64,000 bases of DNA from Octopus sinensis (GCF_006345805.1 NC_043004.1:3968001-4032000); one strand, 5' to 3'; positions 12,221 to 26,315 are shown, numbered from the stretch's first letter. Notes: a model not told the origin generated them from the letters alone. Program-made: numbers and translations.

Positions 12221-14315
12221 AAATGTTTAAACAGTTTTCCATACAATTCCTAATAATACTAGCAACTCTACCCATCTACGATGGAGGCATAAAATGAGGG
12301 ACGGAAGCCATGATAGCTGTATGTGTTGAGAACTGTGTAAATGGATTTTGATAGGACTGTCATAGAGTATGATAGGACTGTCATAGAGTAAATGGACTTT
12401 GGTCGGACTGTCATAGAGTATGGAGCTTGTGTAAGGAACATGAGGAATGGAAGACATTGCTGTGGTTCTTTGAATATGAAAACAAAAGATGTTTGATGGA
12501 GAATTTAAGAAAACAAAGCAATAAACATATTAAGAATGTTACGAGATGATTCAATAAGAAGATTGAATTGTAGAAGGATCGCATCGTTATAACAAAAGAC
12601 TAAGTTTTTACATAATTAGGGTAGCATAACAATTCGTGGGTGTGGGGTGGAGCAGATGTTTTAATTCAATTTTAATTTAGGGTTTTCTTCTGCCGAACCG
12701 CTAAGGCAATTTGCATTGTCATGTTGACTTCCAATTAATGAAATTTTGGTGTTGGAAATGTCATTATGAATGGCAAGTGCCTCTGCATGCTAGAAATAGT
12801 TGCTAAGTTTTCCTCAAATTACCATCTACTATTCTTTTTAAAAACATGTAGTCCAGGTTACATATTGTCTGTGATAGGTTAGTCAGAGATGGAATCTCTT
12901 TGATTATAAGTCTACTTAGTCAGGTCTAACCCAGGGTTAAACAACAATACAACTTCTGGGTAATTCTTCAGTTTACGAGCGTAAAAGAAGTAAATGAAAA
13001 TTAAGGGAGAGATAACTAATAAAAGAAGCAAAGGGAAGTAAGTCATCTTCTTACTATAGTTCGTGAATTTAGAGGGTTTAGATTTGCGATGTTTAGATTT
13101 CCCATCGTAGTTGGGTAGATTCCTAAAGAATCCGCTCGCGCATTCACAGCAAACAATGCACAGGGCCAGACTTTAGATCGTGTATGTGTATTTTTACCCA
13201 GTCCAATGCTTGCACACAGCCAGTGGTACGTCGTTATGAGTAGAGTAACGGACTCCAGTTATTTGAAAATTTGTGTCGATCAAACAGAAAATATCATCTA
13301 CAAAGAAGTTTTCTAATCATATCTATATTATCGAAAGGAATATCTATATATATAAAACTGTAGTTGTGTGAGTGTCTGTCCCCTACGATTTAGATTCCTA
13401 ACTACTCCCACATTTTGCGGTGCAGTTTAACCAAATTCGGGTATCTTATAGTCGTGATTCATATCGAGCCCGTCTGAGTATTAGCGCGCGTCTACGATGA
13501 GTCTACGATTTTTAAAATAATTTAACATAATTTTTTATTCCATTTTAATGCATAATTTTTCGTGTGTTGATGGCGGCGGAGTTGGCGTCCATGGTCACAC
13601 CTGCACCTGTTTGCTTCTCCCCCTTCTTCCCTCCCTCGTGAAGCTGTGGGGAAGGGAGTGTAAGGAAATCAACGTCGTAATGCGTTGTCAAGGAGACCAG
13701 CGTTCTTTTAGAACAACGACTTCATGGTTTGAAGACACCAAAACAGAAATGGCTAAGAAAGCCCGAATTGGCATCTATAAGGGAAGTAACTCTCTAAAAA
13801 TGCTTATATAGTTATTTCCCTTACAAACCCGAGCAACGCCGGGCGATACTGCTAGTGATTTATAATTCAAATAAGGAAAATTGTGAACTTTGAATGTATA
13901 AGAGTATAAACAAGCGTAAAATAGTGTAAACAACTAAAATAAAAGTATATCAAAAGAACGTTTTTTTCTTAATAACTTTTTATGTAATGGTCGAAGGAAG
14001 CTCTGGCTTTCGTTAGGAGTGGTCCACATAACCATTCATGATACAGAGGCTGGGAGCCTATTTCAGTTCGAGAGTGAATTGTCATCACGTCACTTAGTCG
14101 CGAACACACGTAATATAGCTGCAATAGAATGCTGCATCACAAACAATAATGCGATTTCTCTTAAGATATCGTCCAGTAATCCTATCAAAGTCCATTTACA
14201 CAGTTCTCAACACATACAGCTATTATGGCTTCCGTCCCTCATTTTATGCCTCCATCGTAGATGGGTAGAGTTGCTAGTATTATTAGGAATTGTATGGAAA
14301 ACTGTTTAAACATTT
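12221..14315. mobile_element. Unclassified non-autonomous element bounded by 136-bp inverted repeats
   Basis: 12221-12356 versus reverse complement of 14180-14315: 134/136 identical. Three GGACTGTCATAGAGT repeats lie at the inner end of the left arm; no transposase ORF recognised. Confidence 0.65.
13343..13855 (+). mobile_element. Non-autonomous Helitron (513 bp)
   Basis: 5' A|TCTATATATATAAAA; 3' GC-rich hairpin CCCGAGCAACGCCGGG (13828-13843) 8 nt before the terminal CTAG|T; inserted between A and T with no TSD. Confidence 0.85.
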
Positions 14316-15739
14316 TGTTGAAGAAGTAGAAACAGTTTATGGCACATAAATTTTAACAGCAAAATCTTACATGGATCCCGGTTGAGAATCACTGGTTTGG
14401 GGTCTCACAATCCTCAGGGACTCAAAGTAATTAAAAGGGATAAATTTTTGTGAAACGTTTTGATGTTATTGTATAACTTGAGACGTCATCGACTCTGAAT
14501 TTGGCAAATGTTTTGAAAACTTAATTCCGCAAGAGATGAAAGAGTAAAGAAAATCACTTATTTGTTTTATTTTTCATCCATTAAAAAAAAAAATATTTGT
14601 TATATTAGTATAAACATGAAATTAATATTATATCAGATACTAAATATTTGACTTCGAGTTAAATAATATAGCTTCATATTTGTAGGCAGTGGAGGGCATG
14701 GTAGGGCGGAGGGCTTTTTCAAGTTTAGACATAATAATTAACAGCTTATTCATTTTATGTTCTGATTACTATTCTCTATTCTTCTGTTAATTTAGGAAGT
14801 GTAATTAATTATATGATTTAATTATTATTAAGATATACTTAATTAATAGAGAGCTTTTTGTAACGTGGTTATAATGATTTAATAGTTTTTAAGATTAACT
14901 GTTTATAATAACAAAGAGTTGTTAATAATTACGAATTAATTTCAAAGGGATTTCCATATAAAAGCTTAATTCATAGATTTTAACAAAAGAAAAATGTAAA
15001 CAAGGATTTAACAGTTAATTAGTCGTGAATCTGGTTATTGGTTCTCTTGGAGATTTGAGTTCCTCTTTATATATCCAGATTTCAAAGGCCGCACTGCGGT
15101 GGCCCCTGTATTCCCTCGCGGGTCAACAAAATAAGTTACGGATTTGTAACGAAGTTATTAGACTGTCAATACATTTCTACTAATTAGTCGAAACAACGAG
15201 AATACCTCTAAGAGGTCCATCAACCTCCCTCTTATATGTATATGTGTATGTATATATATATGTGTGTGTGTGTGTAAATGTGTGCGTGTGAATGTGTGTA
15301 TATATGTGTGTGTGTATAATATATATGTGTGTGTATAATGTATATGTGTGTATAGTATATACTTGTGTGTCTGTCTGTGTGTGGGGGGTGTAAATATACA
15401 ATGCATGGCACCTGTCGTGAAATTAAATCTGTTCTTTTATTTTTGTTTGTTCTCCGTTCAGTTATGGTCATTTACCCTTTTTTTTGCTCTTTGTTTTCTT
15501 GAAGAAGCGTTTCTCTGTCGCAAAACCTTCCCCAATTGAATGTAAACAGAAACAGGAAACTTAGGACTATCCCCACCACCAAACTGACAGACCCCTTACG
15601 TGTAGAAAGTAGACGTCCAACGTGCCCAAATTGTGAAGTACCAACTAAAGTACACGACATGTGAGGTGGAACTCCAAATATTCCATTACAGTTGAAAAAA
15701 GATGTCCGGAAACAAAGTACTTTTACCCCAATACCGGCA

Positions 15740-16022
15740 AGGCGCGTTGCTTAGGGATTAGAATATTAGGCTCACTATCGAAAGGTCGTTTGTTCAATTC
15801 TTCGCTGTGAGCTGCGTTCTTAAGTAAGGCACTAGTACCTGCATTGCAAAGGGCAAAACCTGTCATATTTTGTGTCACGTTGAATATCCCCGAAAACTAC
15901 ATTAAAGGTACACGTGTCTGTGGAGTACTCAGCTATTTGCACGTGAATTAATTTCATCAACTCGCTGTTCCGTTGATCGGATCAACTTGAACGCTCATCG
16001 TCGTTAACGACGGAGTACCAGT
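15740..16022 (+). mobile_element. Decayed tRNA-derived SINE
   Basis: Head GGCGCGTTGCTTAGGGATTAG; tail GCTGTTCCGTTGATCGGATCAAC...CGTCGTTAACGACGG shared with the 11646 family. Confidence 0.7.
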
Positions 16023-17003
16023 TTTTTTTTTAATTTAATGTCACATGTGTGTAAAAGAGTCTTTCATATAGACACCCCCCCAATTCCAGGAGCATGAAAA
16101 ACAAAGTTGACTTTGCTGAAAGCTAAATTCCGAAACGTTAAGATCTGGACCAAAAGCACCAAACATTTTGTCCGGCTCTCCAACGATTCTACCAGTCCAC
16201 TGTTTCCATGGTTTGTAGTAAAATGTATTCACGGAAATAAAGTATCTCTAGGACAGGAATATAATTCTTATCTCTCCAGCATGGAACGAATGTGAGATAA
16301 TTTTCTCTTCCCTTGTTCTGGATGTTAGTCAAATGTAGGCAACTTCTCTAGAGAACTAATCCTTAGTCCGACTTCGAAGAGCGAACTGAAAAACACAGGC
16401 CAAAGTGTGTTGCTCAGAAGTAGAAAGTAATGACTGCATTCGATTTTACTCAAAACCTATGCACTGGGATGTAGCCAAGCCTAATCACTCATCTATGTTG
16501 CCAATATTCCTTGAAATAGGGAATAGGCTGACGGAATAACACAAAGTGAAAGACCGAGAAGGGAATTTTCTAAATATTAAGTTTCAAATAATATTACCAA
16601 AATATTCCCAGAATATTTCTTCTATTACTATCGACTCAAACTAGCCTTCCCGGCGGGGTTTCTCGCTTATTCTTGAAAGCTTAGTAAAATGGAGGTAGGC
16701 TACATATAATTATGTACGTATATTATATTAAATATCCAGCCTGGAGACTCGACTGAATGTCTGCTGTGGATATGAGCAAGAGACTCGTGAGTAAATAATT
16801 CAATACTTTGGTCATTTCGTATCTTCAATTAAATAAACGATCTGAAAACTGCACTGTAGAATCCATATTGGCCAATTAAGACAGATATGAGCAGTTATAT
16901 ATATTCCCTTTATTGCACATTCCGAGATACAGTGGAACACAATATCAGTGACCATAAAAGGTATACTGTGGAACGGTCAACCTTAATAGTATAAGGTATT
17001 AGA

Positions 17004-17070
<67 letters not shown>

Positions 17071-17071
<1 letters not shown>

Positions 17072-18190
17072 TTCATTTATTTGCCACAAAGTTGAAGGAT
17101 GAGGGGACAATACAAAGACAGTCATAGAGTGTGGGGAGTTACATATAATAAAATGATTTTAAAAAGTGAAAGAAAGAAAAACAGTATACACGGTATACAC
17201 TGAAAAAAGGGACATTTTAAAAAAAAGAGTGCCAGGGAGGATGGTTGAGATGTGACCCTCCTGATACGTGAAGGCCTCTAGGAATAATCGAGAAGCACCA
17301 CTGTCCCAGATTTCCCTGAAACCCCCAAGAGCAAGTGCCCTCTCCAAATCCTTCTCTCCGACTCACAGGTCTACACTTAGTGAGGTACCATCCACACTTG
17401 CCATTTTCACAACTTTCACCCACCTTTCAATAAACTCACTCGAGGACAGCCCTTCCCTCTCCACTCTCACTTTCCTTCTCAAGTGAAACTTGAAGAAGGC
17501 AATGAGAGTTTTACCAAAGAGGAATGTATCTGTCCTCATGCTTTTCAGCCTTGTCCACCAAACAATCACTTTCGCAACGGCCACCAGGCAAAGGAAACTG
17601 CCTTGCTTGGCCGATTGATGGATCACCATTACAGACACAGTCAACAGACGGATCTGTCCCACACGTGACAGCAGCTGTTCGACATGACCCCACAAGTCAG
17701 CAATGTCCGGACACTGAACGAGGGCGTGCAGAACGGTTTCGTTACTCTGCGCGCACCCCGACAAGTCCGTCTGACAGCACATCGGTGCCAAGGACATCTG
17801 GAAATTATCCAAGATAGTTTCTAACCGGAACAGACTAGCCAGTTCGTTATCGCCGTCGCCCAGAGCGAAAAGACAAGCCCCACAAACGGAGCCCACACAC
17901 GCCCACCGTTCAGAAATCGTTGCACGTGACGTTACCTAAGAGTGTGTCTGCGCATTAGGAGCCACGGCATACCTAATCCGCCACTCAGAGGATGCTGGCA
18001 ACAAACTGACCGCCTGGCCATTAGAACGGGTCCCTTCCACAAGAATTTAAATAAGAGACACTCCAACCTGGTCAAGCAGTTACCGGGACAAGGCACGGTG
18101 GTCAAACGATAAATGATAACGGAGGCGATGTAAACATTCACCACCTCTGCCCGATCTTTCAGGGACAGCTTCCTCTCAGCCCACCATCCA
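17071..18190 (-). mobile_element. 5'-truncated L1-clade (Tx1-like) LINE: RT C-terminus, CCHC-like motif and 3' UTR with (TTA)n tail
   Basis: WAERKLSLKDRAEVVNVYIASVIIYRL, FKFLWKG...GGLGMP and C..NETVLHALVQCP (ORFs 17932-18144 and 17363-17896). The (TAA)n tract at 17005-17070 forms the tail. Confidence 0.85.
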
Positions 18191-18266
18191 GAAATGGGCT
18201 GAGTAGAAAGTGTCCCTGAAAGATCGGGCAGAGGTGGCGAATGCTTACATCGCCTCCGTTATCATT

Positions 18267-18269
<3 letters not shown>
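18109..18269. repeat. 75-bp inverted duplication (hairpin, 11-nt loop) at the 5' junction of the Tx1-like LINE
   Basis: 18109-18183 versus reverse complement of 18195-18269: 69/75. Confidence 0.9.
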
Positions 18270-18305
<36 letters not shown>

Positions 18306-18514
18306 CCTTTCTACTATAGACACAAGGCCTGAAATTTGCGGGGAGTAGTCGATTACATCGACCCCAGTGTTTCACTGGTGCTTAATTTATCGACCTCGAA
18401 AGGACGAAACGCAAAGTCGACTTCGGCAGAATTTAAACTCAGAACATAGCTACGGGTGAAATATCGCTAAGCATTTCATCCAGCGTGCTAACGGTTCTGT
18501 CAGCTCATCGCCTT
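18306..18514 (-). mobile_element. tRNA-derived SINE (Deu/Nin-like core), monomeric, between (TAA)n tracts
   Basis: Reverse complement of the 8775/22883 family, with the standard tail ...CAAATTTCAGGCCTTGTGTCTATAGTAGAAAGG. Confidence 0.85.
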
Positions 18515-18532
18515 AATAATAATAATAATGAT

Positions 18533-18608
<76 letters not shown>

Positions 18609-19379
18609 GCGATGATGATGATTTATTCGACACTAACACTTCTGCCAAAGTGGATGTAGCAGTGTCTGTATTTTCATTGACCATTATAGACCAAATCGGA
18701 TGAAACAGTGTAAGTTTAAAAATCAAATTCTTTCGAAACAGATACAGTGTCGTGTGCTTTGAAAATAAATATTTCAAATACATTTTATTGATCAATGCCA
18801 GCTGTAAAGTTTTTTTCTATTTTTTTTTCATTTTACCTTAGTTTTACTTTTAGTGATTAATTTCCTTGCAACAAAAATATCAGATCATGGCGAATGCAGT
18901 GATAATGGAATTTCTGATCTTGGAATTGTGTTTGCTCGTCCCTTCAATATCACAACAAATCACTAAATCAATCGTTTTCGGTCTCAAAAACATTTTTGAT
19001 GACGTGTAGCGACGTTCTCCATATTCATCAACACTTTATTTTTTTCTAACATTCTTTCTTACAATCTCTCTCTCTCTCCCTCTCTCTTCCTTTCTATCTA
19101 TCTGTCTTCTCTTCTTATTTAAGAATGTCTATGCGATCACGTGAGTGTGTATCTGACACCTGTTTCCCAATGGATTCCATTTCAAACTTTTCACCGAAAG
19201 CAGACCAAAGAACTAGACTGTTCGAATTTTAGATGGCTTAGTACCAAAATGGTCTCCACAGAAACCGAAGAATTTATTATTTTCAGTCGCAATTTGTGAT
19301 CAATAATGCGAAAGAGTGTCTGCTTTGATGCAAAGAACTCCTACCTTAAAACACCTCTTGCTCAACAGATTTGAGCACC

Positions 19380-19650
19380 TCTTCGAAAATCAAAGAGAGA
19401 AAAAAATAACTATGGGAAGTTGCTTCGAAACCTCCAGACTTTATAGCCTGATTATAAGTTCACGTTTATACCAATAATTGGTGCACTGTATTTTGGAGAT
19501 AGATGCAAAAGTTACCATCTGAAAAAGTTAGGCTTTCTAGAAACAGGAACCACCGAGCTAACACCATACATTATGTTAGTGGAACACCATACATTACGTT
19601 AGTGGAACAGTAAAAATATGCAAGACTTTTCTCAAGTTCAAAATGTAAAT
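19380..19650 (+). mobile_element. R4/Dong-clade LINE 3' fragment (restriction-like endonuclease, RLE, end)
   Basis: NYGKLLRNLQTL.PDYKFTFIPIIGAL and GTVKICKTFLKFKM match the copies at 24 kb and 28 kb. Confidence 0.7.
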
Positions 19651-19769
19651 TTGTTTTCGTTACCTACATTCCAACGACGGAGCTTTGTATCTTTGTTGAA
19701 AATCATCGCCTTCCTTATAATTAAAATAATTAAAAATAGAACATGTATACGCATACATATATATATACA

Positions 19770-20379
19770 CGCATATACACACATACACACACACACACAC
19801 ACATACATACATACATACATACATACATACATACATACATACATACATACATACATACATACGTACATACATACATACATAGGGGGAGAGTTCACGAAAA
19901 AACAAAAGACGAAGACAGGTGGTGTACAAAACAAACAGATGTATTAGTATAACGCTCAGGAATTGAAAAAGTATTTTTCGTTTCGAGCCTACGCTCTTCT
20001 ACAGAAAGAGACACAGAAAAACATACATACATACATACATACATACATACATACATACATACATACATACATACATACATACATACATACATACATACAT
20101 ACATACAAGGTAGTCGGCACGAGCAACCACTTATTTAACGTGGGAGACTCTTCATTAAATATACGACGGATATTTTCTCCAACATTAATGCAACTATCAA
20201 CCTTGTTAAACGATTGCCTATTCTTCTCATATTCATTGAAGATTGTACAACATTCGTCCCAATACACCCAACCATTTGTGTGTGTGCATGTGTGTGTTTG
20301 TGTGTGTGTGTGTGTGTATGTGTGTGTGTGTTTGTGTGTGCATGTGTGTATGTGTGTGTGTGCGTGTGTTTGTGTTTGT

Positions 20380-20416
<37 letters not shown>
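19770..20416. repeat. (CA)n/(CATA)n/(TG)n microsatellite cluster
   Basis: Directly visible. Confidence 0.9.
19974..20008 (-). ncRNA. Minimal hammerhead-like motif (copy B, cleavage triplet mutated to GAA)
   Basis: Minus strand: CUUU-CUGUAGA-A-GAGC-guag-GCUC-GAAA-C-GAA; host repeat about 19882-20022, between (CATA)n tracts. Confidence 0.45.
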
Positions 20417-20417
<1 letters not shown>

Positions 20418-21022
20418 ATTTGCTACAAACAACATGGCTGCACACGATAACATCAACACTACGGCAAAATCGAAAGAAAACATTGTCAAAAAGTAAACAA
20501 GTTCTTTTTAGTTATAGCCGTCGAAGAAACCGAAGCTAAAAAGTATATTTTTCTTGCAGTTATTAACTCAATAATGACTTACTTAAATGTTGTAAAACAA
20601 AGGCAGAAGATTCATGTGACGGCTCTATAAAACAATGGAAACGTGTCTGAACGAACTGCGCCCAGAATTAAAACATTTTACGTCAAAGCAATTAGGCCAA
20701 GTGACACTTATTGAATGAAAAAGGAGGAGCCGATTATTGTAATTTCATTCCAATAAATGATGAGTGTAATTTTATTTCGGACACCACGTGGACACTGTCC
20801 TTGAACAGACAGGCCGCGAACAAGGCCAAGAAAAAGTCGACTCTATTACCTCACAAACTACGCCCCATCCCCCCAGGTCTACTTTAGGATAAATTTCTTT
20901 TGATCAAACCTCAACCTGGCTCCTTCCATTATTTCTGATAGGGTTAAATCTAAAGAAAAATGAAAACTGAGTTATCAGCTGTTAAAATGTGTATTTGAGG
21001 GGGAGCGACTCTGTATTTTTCT

Positions 21023-21580
<558 letters not shown>

Positions 21581-22882
21581 GCCATATAATGCTTATGAAA
21601 TCTTCCCAAGTCAAGGGGATAACTAAATCCAGACGAGAATATCGCTGTAAATTCTGTTCAGCTAAACATTACGTTTCATTTCCTTGTGCTGTAAAAACCT
21701 AATTAAATCTGTCTCTAATTCCACTTTAGAACAATTTCATTATCACTTTCCGTCATCGATTCCAATAAGGATTATTATCGATGCCTTCAATTTTTCAATG
21801 GTTTAATTATTGTAGTCAGTCAGTGATTCATTTTCCAATAATCTGTCGGTACACCTACACACAGTCCTCGGCCTCTAGTTGTGATGGTCACAAATGACAT
21901 AGTTTCCGTGCAGCCCATCAAGGAGAATTCAACGTGGAAGACTCTCTCTCTCTGTTTCCGTCTTCTACTCCGGGGAGAAAATTAACTCAATGCTACAAGT
22001 TGACCAGTTCTTAGACTATTTCTACTTGGAGTAGTTGCAGACTCTTCCTACTTCACGACGTCAATTTACGGCTAGATAGATTGAGCCAGTTGAGAAGCAA
22101 TCTTCGTGTCATTGGAAAAAATAGAAAACCTGATTTGAACGTCTGATTTGAACGTCTGACCACTCAGTTGGTTGTCTAACACCTGAAAGGATCATTAATT
22201 CTTCGAACTCGTTGTCTTGAGTTAATGAGAAAAACTTTGTATGGATGCTGGATCTGCTAGAAACATCAGCCAAATATTTCTAAGAAAAAGGAATGACACG
22301 TATGACATTGTAGTACTACTTAGATAAAAGACAGAATGGTCACATTTGGGATGTCTTTCAGCATAGATCTGCTCCATTCGGACTAAATCGGTCGGAACTA
22401 GAAAATTTTATTGTAACACCGACGACAATTTAAAATGAAAATATCTGGTCGTAGCGGAGCTTTCTCATTGCGATTATAAATCTATTAAAAGATGGATGGG
22501 GAGAGAAAGAAAGACAGAGTGAAAGAGAGAAAGAGAGAGAAATAGAGAGAAGGAGAGAAAGAGAGAGAGCTCCACATAGAAGTCTATTTACTTGGTGGGA
22601 TCCAATTTGTCTTTGAGACAAATTTATTACGAAGTAGTTCTCCTTCAGGACTTACAAATAATGTTTAGCTTTCGTCCTTGATGATGTTTGTGTCGAAGGA
22701 AATTAATTTATCAATCCTGATAAACTCCACCTTTCTTTTACCAGAGTGTCCCTGAGCTTTAATAAATAGTCAAGACATCTTCCGATTAGTAAAAGACAAA
22801 GAACAGAGCATCTGAACGTTGGCAGTGGACACCCCACCACGACCAACACCTACCACTGGGCGTAGTAATATTTAGATGGAGT

Positions 22883-23619
22883 TAGCACGCTGGGTGAAAT
22901 GCTTAGCGGTATTTCGTCTGCCGTTACGTTCTGAGTTCAAATTCCACCGAGGTCGACTTTGCCTTTCATCCTTTCGGGGTCGATTAAATAAGAACCAGTT
23001 ACGCACTGGGGTCGATGTAATCGACTTAATCCGTTTGTCTTTCCTTGTTTGTCCCCTCTGTGTTTAGCCCCGTGTGGGTAGTAAAGAAATAAGTATTTCG
23101 TCTGTGTTTAGATTCTGAGTTGAAATTCCACCGAGGTCGACTTTGCCTTTCATCCTTTCGGGGTCGATTAAATAAGAACCAGTTACGCACTGGAGTCGAT
23201 GTAATCGACTTAATCCGTTTGTCTTTCCTTGTTTGTCCCCTCTGTGTTAGCCCCGTGTGGGTAGTAAAGAAATAAGTATTTCGTCTGTGTTTAGATTCTG
23301 AGTTGAAATTCCACCGAGGTCGACTTTGCCTTTCATCCTTTCGGGGTCGATTAAATAAGAACCAGTTACGCACTGGAGTCGATGTAATCGACTTAATCCG
23401 TTTGTCTTTCCTTGTTTGTCCCCTCTGTGTTTAGCCCCTTGTGGGTAGTAAAGAAATAGGTATTTCGTCTGTCTTTACGTTCTGAGTTCAAATTCCGCTG
23501 AGGTCGAATTTGCCCTTCATGCTTTCGGGGAACGATAAATTAAGTACCAGTTGCGTGCTGCGGGTCGATCTAATCGACTGGACCCTTCCCCTAAAATTTC
23601 GGGCCTAGAGTAGAAAATG
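22883..23619 (+). mobile_element. SINE with four tandem body units (184/183/184 bp plus terminal unit) and a 15-bp TSD
   Basis: Units start at 22909, 23093, 23276 and 23460. ATATTTAGATGGAGT occurs at 22868-22882 and 23620-23634. Confidence 0.9.
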
Positions 23620-23889
23620 ATATTTAGATGGAGTATATATTACATAACTATATATATATATGTATTACATAACTATATATATATAGTTATGGTATATTCT
23701 ATTAAGAACTTAGCAGAGAACAGTATGAAGCTCGTCCACTTTCAGGTTTCACCCTGTGCTATCCAGCAGGGAGATTATACTTACTTCCAATGACTACTAT
23801 TAAATTCAGGCCACGACAGACAGAGAGGATGTTGTTGAAGCCGAGGATTTTAAACTTACGGAGACAATATTTACATATCGCCTGAAAGC

Positions 23890-24600
23890 TCCGTGATGAT
23901 ATTAACATCGATCATCAAAGCAGTTTATCATGGACCAACAGCGGGATTATCACCTCCCACTTTAAAGGGTATGCGTTTGCAATCCAGGAACAGGAAATAT
24001 CAACCAAGTACCGGATGCATAAAATGGATAGAGATGCAAGAAAACCTGTAATCTGTGACAACCGATGCAGACTTTGTGGAGTTAACACTGAAGACATCAC
24101 CCACATCATAAGCAGTTGTCCAAAAATGTCATCACGGTATTATCTACTGATGAGACATGACGTTGTAGCTATTACACTCTATAATGAAATCCGATGGAAG
24201 GTTAATCGCGAGGGTAAAGAAATAAGAACTCGCAGTACGGTAGAAGCCACTCATAATAAAAAGGAATACTGGTGAAATGTACCAGTGAAAACCTCAATAA
24301 AATGTAAGCACAACAGACCTAATATAATGATTTGGGATAGAAAAGAGTAACTGTGCACAGTTGTGGAAATTATCTGCCCAGCGGATGTTAACATAAAGCT
24401 GAAGATCAGTGAAAAAGGGAACACCTATGCTGAACTATTGAGAAATCTGCAGTTACTCTATCCAGATTTCAAGTTCGGGTTTATACCTGTAATTATCGGG
24501 GCCCTGGAATATGTGACACACTGCCTAAATACCAATCTTGAGAAATAAGGCTTCTCAAAACCAGAAAGCAGAAAGTTGATTCGAAGACTACAGATCCAGA
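23890..24600 (+). mobile_element. R4/Dong-clade LINE 3' part (CCHC finger plus RLE), decayed
   Basis: CRLCGVNTEDITHIISSCPKMSSRYYLLMRHDVVA; RPNIMIWD..VEIICPAD; FIPVIIGAL. Confidence 0.9.
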
Positions 24601-24876
24601 AAGAGCTTTGGATCTAGATTAGAAACCGGTTCTTTCTCTGTTGGCAAGACATCTTGAAATAAACTGAATAATGACATACATACAGACGTACGTACATTCA
24701 ATAGCCTTCTGCACAGTTTTCCTCTTCAAAACTTGACTGTCAAGACCTTTGACTCTAGAAAAGTTCACTGTGTCGTATCGAGGCTACCAGAGAATATCTA
24801 GAATTATCTGCCCTATTTCTACACACGGGAGCGTGTAGATATAGGTTTATATGAATGGATAGCTGTATATAGCATA

Positions 24877-24911
<35 letters not shown>

Positions 24912-25154
24912 TTACTTGTGTGCCTGAGTGTATGAATATGTATGTCACTATGCTCCTCCCCACATCGCTCGTATCGTCTCGTTTCATTGTTTCTATTCTT
25001 TTTCTGCCCATTCTTGTTCACATTTTTCTTTCTTCTCTCTCACCTCCCATTCTCTCACATAAACATACCTAAACACATAGACGCGCTTGCACAAACACAT
25101 ATACACAAACATACAAATAGACAAACGCACACAAATGCTCAAACATACACTCAC

Positions 25155-25214
<60 letters not shown>

Positions 25215-25894
25215 CAGGCTCTCTTTCCCCTCGCTCTCTTCTCTTTCTATCTTTTGCTTTCTTCGCCATTTACATTAAAATGACAGATGTGTTTCTCTCG
25301 CTGTCGTCAGTCAACAGAGCGCGGCACAAAACACTTTAATCACCCATCATTTGAGCAGCTTTCACCAGATTCCACCAGCTTTCACCACCTTTTTCTAACC
25401 TTCACTCACGAACTTGATATGTAAACACAATGAATAAAATTATTGATATTCCTCTTCGTATACTTGAATAATTGTCATTGCGATTATTTACCAAGGCCCA
25501 TGGCATCCATGGTCACTCCGATTTGTAAGTAGAGCAATTGTAGTTTGCTTTTAATGTCCTGAAAAATAGCAAATGGTAAAACAAACAGTGAAAAACTCTT
25601 CAAGTAGATGTTTCTGCTCAGCTATTTAACCTGAAAACCTTTACACAATCCAATCATAAAATCTCACACATCCTTTAGCTCTCTACAATATTCCTTCTGT
25701 ACAAACGCTCTCACTCTCTCTCTTTCTCTCGCACTCTCTCTCTCTCGCTCTCTCTCTCCCTATCTATCTATCTTTCTCTCTTTTTCTCTGTCTTTCATTC
25801 TTTTTTCTTTCTTCCTATCTCTCCCATCACTCTTTTTATCTTTACTGTCTCTTATTCCTCTTTACATATTATTTCTCCACACTCTCTCTTCTCT

Positions 25895-25967
<73 letters not shown>

Positions 25968-26304
25968 ATTAGCGTGTATGTATATGTTATATATGTATTA
26001 TATACATATGTGTATATATAATGTATATATATGTAATTACATGTACATATGTTTATATATGTACTATATATGTGTGCGTATATACATATATATATATACA
26101 TTCGCACCCACTCTGGGTAGATGAAAGAGCCATAGGAATGTAGACATTAAATGATTATCTACAAATATGGATTTCGAAACCTAAGGTTGCCCTGTGTCGG
26201 GGGACTATACTCATAGGGGCGCTCAGCTCTAGTGACTATATTGAGCACTCTCCTTTCCCTTCTGACTTTCCACGGGAACTTTCGAGACTACTACTGTATA
26301 TGTC

Positions 26305-26315
26305 TATACATACAC

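Noticed and set aside
15560-15700. L1/Tx1 ORF1 knuckle fragment (RVESRRPTCPNC)
   Set aside because: The match is too short to support as a feature.
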